Shown: piece after piece, positions 60,658 through 64,000 of the stretch
Layout: every line of letters starts with the position of its first letter
How positions within the stretch are numbered: position 1 is the first letter of the stretch
Assembly: GCA_051362555.1 (NCBI GenBank)
Contig: CM120640.1
Coordinates: 20,894,001-20,958,000, forward strand
DNA from: Lingula anatina
Taxonomy: Eukaryota; Animalia; Brachiopoda
Direction: 5' to 3'
Length of the DNA stretch: 64,000 bases
The notes under the pieces: model-generated
Told to the model about the DNA's origin: nothing
Database searches by the model: none
What the model saw: the letters and a program-made list of their open reading frames with translations, nothing else
Program-made: the position numbers and the translations under genes

Positions 60658-63600
60658 CGAACAAACATAATTGTTCAAATCAAGCAGATGTTCAAATTGA
60701 GCTGTATTTTCCTAACACTGATGACTCCTGTGATTTTCTAGACAATAGGCCTATTGGTTTTCCTTGAAATGCGTTATCAGTATTGCATATTTGCTGACAA
60801 AAGAGAAAACCTTGGGACAACAGTAGGCAGATCTCTGCTAGTTTTGAAGATATGAGGGGCAAGAAAATATGCAGAGTTCAGTTTGTGGTGAAAAAGTAGG
60901 TCAAAGGTCAATTTCAAGGTCACAGTATATGACTTCCTATAGAAGTTCAATAGTAGCTATGGGCATTTCTTTGCCAATTTTGGAGATATGAAGGCCAGGA
61001 AACATGCAAAGTGCAGTTCATCATAAATAGTAGGTCAAAGGTCACAGTAAGATGTATATGACTTCCTATTCAAGTTCAATAGTAACTTTGGACTTATCTC
61101 TGCCAGTTTCCGAGATATAAGGGATAGAAAATTTGCAAAGTTCAGTTCATGGTGAAAAGTAGGTCAAAGGTCAATTCCAAGGTCACAATAAGACTGCCAG
61201 TATATGACTTCCTATTAAAGTTCAATAGTAACTATGGGTGTATCTCTGCCAGTTTTGGAGATATAAGGGTTGAAAAATTTGCAAAGTTCAGTTCATGGTG
61301 AAAAGTAGGTCAAAGGTCAATTTCAAGGTCACAGTTAGATTACCAGTATATAACTTCCTATTAAAGTTCAATAGTAACTATGGGCGTATCTTTGCCAGTT
61401 TTGGATATATAAAGATCAGAAAACTTGCAAAGTGCAGTACTGAAAAGTATGTCAAAGGTCAATTTCAAGGTCACAGTTAGATTACTAGTATACGACTTCC
61501 TATTCAAGTTCAATAGTAACTATGGGCATATCTTTGCCAGTTTTGGAGATATAAAGATCAGAAAACTTGCAAAGTGCAGTTCATAATGAAAAGTAGGTCA
61601 AAGGTCAATTTCAAGGTCACAGTTAGATTACCAGTATATGACTTCCTATTCAAGTACAATAGTAACTATGTGCGTATCTCTGCTAATTTTGGAGTATTTC
61701 ACATTTTCCCCACTGAATATTGCAATGTTGTAATTTTTGATATAGGGCAACGCCTAAGCCATATCAAAAACAAAAAATGGACACCACCCCCAGTATTGCA
61801 CTTGACAAGGTCTACAAAATGCAATAAAAAAGAGGTCTCTGGCATTTACCGTTCCAGATTTAGAGCGAGTTTTCAGTTTCAGTATCTAATGGCTTCTACT
61901 TGCGTGAAAATGCACTTATTGACCCCAAACTCTCACAGATGAAAGGAGTCCCCAATGGTAACCCCTCACTATAACAGGAGAGCTTAGGGCTGCGTAGTTT
62001 CCAAAAATTAGCACAAACAAATATTTTTTTACAGAAAATTCCCATTTTTAGAAAATTTTGGCTTGTTTGACCTTGAAAAAAAGGTCAAAAGTCAAATCCA
62101 AGGGCATATTTGGAATCTCCACATATGACTTTCGGTCAGACTTCTGTAGTAATTTTTCCCATAATTCCTTTGGTTTGGGAGATATTTAGCATTGAATTTT
62201 CAAAATTTTGACATGGGTGCATTTCAACAAGCGTCACGCCCAGGCCAGTGCACCGACGGAGACAAAAAAACCAGGGTGTTCAAGTTGAGATTATATGTGA
62301 CCTAAATCCAAGAGATGGGGACACAGGTCCTTGCGGTCTAGGAGGAGAAGCGGTAACGGTGACTTGTTTCCGGCGCCCGACTGCGGAGCCGGCGGAGCTG
62401 CAGGAGCCGGCGGAGCCGCAGGAGCCGGCGGAGCCGCAGGAGCCGGCGGAGCTGTACGAGACGGGTCGGGACTAAAACCATGAGTACCGCCAGCGTACAC
62501 GCTGGTGGTACTAATAATACAACTTTATCATAAAACAAATTATTTTATAGCAAATTCCTTTTTCATTTCGTACTAGTACAGAAAGTTTTATTAAATATCT
62601 AATCAAAGTATAACCACCTATCCTTCAGGTAAAGGTTGGGTAAACAGATAAACAGGTAAACAGATATTTTATATTTTATTGTGGTGGGTAGTGAGTAGGT
62701 GGGTAGTGGTCAAGCAATTGAAAGTGACAAATAATCAAAGGGATATCTGGATAAGCATAAAAATCTGTTTACCCCACCTCTCCCCAGAGATGCACCTTGA
62801 TTCAAGACTTAATCAAGGGGTGGGGGGGGGGGGAGAGTAATTAAGCAATTTTAATTTAACTTTTAAAAAAGTAACAGTTATTTTATCAAAGGGTTACCTG
62901 GATGAGTGAGATCATCTGTTTACTCCACCTTAACTAGAGATGTACTTTGATCAGATTTTTGATAAAATTTTCTGTACTTGTACTACATGAAAATAATTTG
63001 TTCAATTTAATGAATATTATCTATCCTCGAGATGCATCATCAAACTGAGAAATATTCATAAAATGGATGAAAAGATTTGTACTCTTTACTTTATATTTTG
63101 TATATAAATATATATATTCTTTCGGGGGGAATTGTCCTGGGGGGGAATTGTCCAGGGAGGAATTGTCCGGGGGGAATAGTCCGGGGGGGAATTGTCCGGG
63201 GGGGAATTGTCCTGATACCCTTTCTTATATGATGCAGAAGAGAAATGTACCTGGAATGTCTTGAAATGTTACTAGCACTGTTCCCATTTCACTACCATAT
63301 GCAATGCTCTCTATATCACAGTTTGTTTTTGCTTCAAGAAAATTTTCTAAAAGTTCATTTGTTATGGTCTCTGCCAGTCCCTTGATGAATATCCTGTGCT
63401 TATCAATTGGGGGTGGAGGTGTAGAGAGAATGGCATGAAGTCTACAGCCTTCCAACTGAAGTCCAACCTCTGACTCTGATTTCTGCAACACCCGATTCAC
63501 AGCTAAAAGGATGGATGATATGAATGGATAAGAAGGATTTAAAAATTTTGTCCAGCTTGCTTGATTCATACATTAATCTTTAATATTGCACTGAGTTTAT

Positions 63601-64000
63601 AAATGTCATTTAATTATCACAACCTTAGTTGCAATTAACTAGTACAAATGACCTTAATTCATGACAATAAATCAATTTTCATAACAATTATTAATCAAAG
63701 GAAAATCCATGCCATACTGGGTGTGGTAGTACTAGTGCTGTTGTAAATTTAAGTCAACAACAAAAACAAAGAATACAAGTCGGTCAAAATCACCTTCTGG
63801 CTCTTTAAATGTCACCACTGCTTCTCTAGCTTCATTGTTCACTTCCACATTAAGCACATTCCCTCCTCCAGACCTTTTTCGATTTTCAAAAAACATCTGA
63901 ATGGTGACCTTGCTGGTGGACTTTTTTAATCCTTTGACTCGAATGTTGCTAGAACATGCTTTTTTCTGCACAAGTCTTTCTTTTAAGATGTTTTCATTCT
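46176..64000 (-). CDS. PARP14: PARP14-like mono-ADP-ribosyltransferase (RRM-KH-Macro x3-KH-WWE-ART); 5' end outside the window
   Basis: GT-AG exons in transcript order: >64000-63794, 63502-63251, 56773-56537, 56395-54641, 54380-53853, 53634-53507, 53102-52875, 52411-52190, 51901-51790, 51499-51344, 51088-51023, 49701-49507, 49179-48967, 48701-48451, 48128-47708, 47404-47244, 46997-46820, 46462-46176. Exon lengths keep one frame to the stop (~1865 codons in the window). The symbol reflects domain architecture, not tested orthology. Confidence 0.9.
47708..48128 (-). CDS. PARP14: PARP14-like: KH and WWE exon
   Basis: RIHVRG, VQW...Y....N.AIEQAY and ITF..M. Confidence 0.85.
48967..54380 (-). CDS. 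PARP14: PARP14-like: macrodomain exons (macro1 C-part, macro2, macro3)
   Basis: VIHAVGP and SIALPALSSG; DVIVNT, GAVSKSLL and SISLPAVGTG; GDLT...DAIVNST, GAVSKAIL and SICFPALGTG. Confidence 0.9.
49804..49973. mobile_element. CAGGCCCGTAGCC MITE (intronic)
   Basis: TIR CAGGCCCGTAGCCAG; 5-bp TSD AACTA. Confidence 0.9.
50110..50336. mobile_element. MITE with GGACAATTCCCCC subterminal repeats
   Basis: Inverted arrays of ggac(a/t)attcccc; flanked by TATATA. Confidence 0.8.
50596..50932. mobile_element. Kolobok-like MITE
   Basis: 19-bp TIR AGGGATAATAACTCTTCGT; TTAA TSD. Confidence 0.85.
54641..56395 (-). CDS. PARP14: PARP14-like: large KH-repeat exon and start of macro1
   Basis: 1755-bp open exon ending [29 protein letters not shown]. 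Confidence 0.9.
57009..60010. mobile_element. CACTA/EnSpm-like non-autonomous element, ~3 kb
   Basis: TIR CCCAGACAGCCTCA..GATCTGGCCCACGTCTGGCCCAGATCTGGCAACGTCTGGCAA; arrays of ~11-bp subterminal repeats at 57009-57435 and 59783-60010; AAT on both sides. Confidence 0.88.
58185..59637 (-). mobile_element. Old, internally deleted Gypsy-type LTR retrotransposon
   Basis: Diverged direct repeats ~58185-58398 and ~59415-59637; PBS TGGCGACAAGGAT (59413-59401, tRNA-Ser type); PPT AAGAAAGGAAGGGA before TG; HFAKLC (knuckle) and LPDSGA..IID (protease) remnants. Confidence 0.8.
60820..61700. repeat. Tandem repeat, ~130-146-bp unit, ~6 copies
   Basis: Unit aaaagtaggtcaaaggtcaatttcaaggtcacag...tatgacttcctatt.aagttcaatagtaactatggg recurs at ~60891, 61027, 61155, 61300, 61443 and 61589. 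Confidence 0.93.
62383..62453. repeat. GC-rich 18-bp minisatellite, ~4 copies
   Basis: (gcaggagccggcggagcc)n. Confidence 0.9.

Larger units (their letters stand above)
60434..62515. mobile_element. Helentron/HINE-like non-autonomous element with internal satellite
   Basis: Starts AACTAGAG with a short hairpin; central tandem array; GC-rich 18-bp repeats; terminal hairpin agtaccgccagcgt-ac-acgctggtggtact at 62483-62512. Confidence 0.65.
60252..63221. mobile_element. Long member of the GGACAATTCCCCC MITE family, interrupted by a Helentron-like element
   Basis: Inverted arms 60252-60432 and ~63044-63221, same termini as 50110-50336; 6-bp TSD TTCTTA. Confidence 0.8.

Noticed and set aside
62248-62538. 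PAEPQE and APPAPA repeat ORFs
   Set aside because: Produced by the 18-bp GC-rich minisatellite inside a TE.
9238-64000. Functional link between the SGNH cluster and the PARP14-like gene through O-acetyl chemistry
   Set aside because: Adjacency only; different predicted compartments (lumenal versus cytosolic/nuclear) and ~15 kb of mostly TE sequence between them.

Overview
AT-rich metazoan genomic DNA with spliceosomal introns and many transposons; the repeat types suggest an invertebrate, possibly a lophotrochozoan (inference). Host genes: (i) a tandem cluster of type II membrane SGNH/PC-esterase-like (NXPE/CASD1/TBL-type) genes on the + strand, each with a single coding exon: one frameshifted copy (9238-10409), three intact copies (17729-18901, 21868-23031, 26929-28089) and a decayed remnant (~30326-30654); (ii) an 18-exon, phase-consistent PARP14-like gene on the - strand (46176 to beyond 64000; RRM-KH-3xMacro-KH-WWE-ART). 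Mobile DNA: a full-length L1/Tx1 LINE with TSD, a truncated Penelope element with a minimal hammerhead ribozyme, an apparently intact DIRS1-type tyrosine-recombinase retrotransposon nested in a 9.5-kb TIR element that itself sits in a Harbinger-type MITE, a CACTA-like element holding a deleted Gypsy element, a Helentron-like element with a ~145-bp satellite, and several MITE families. Most interesting: a possible -1 frameshift plus splice expression scheme in the DIRS element, the chimeric origin and homogenised core of the SGNH paralogs, the hammerhead ribozyme, a perfect 70-bp-arm palindrome, and a satellite carrying perfect DR1 nuclear-receptor elements. All calls were made by eye; no searches were run.
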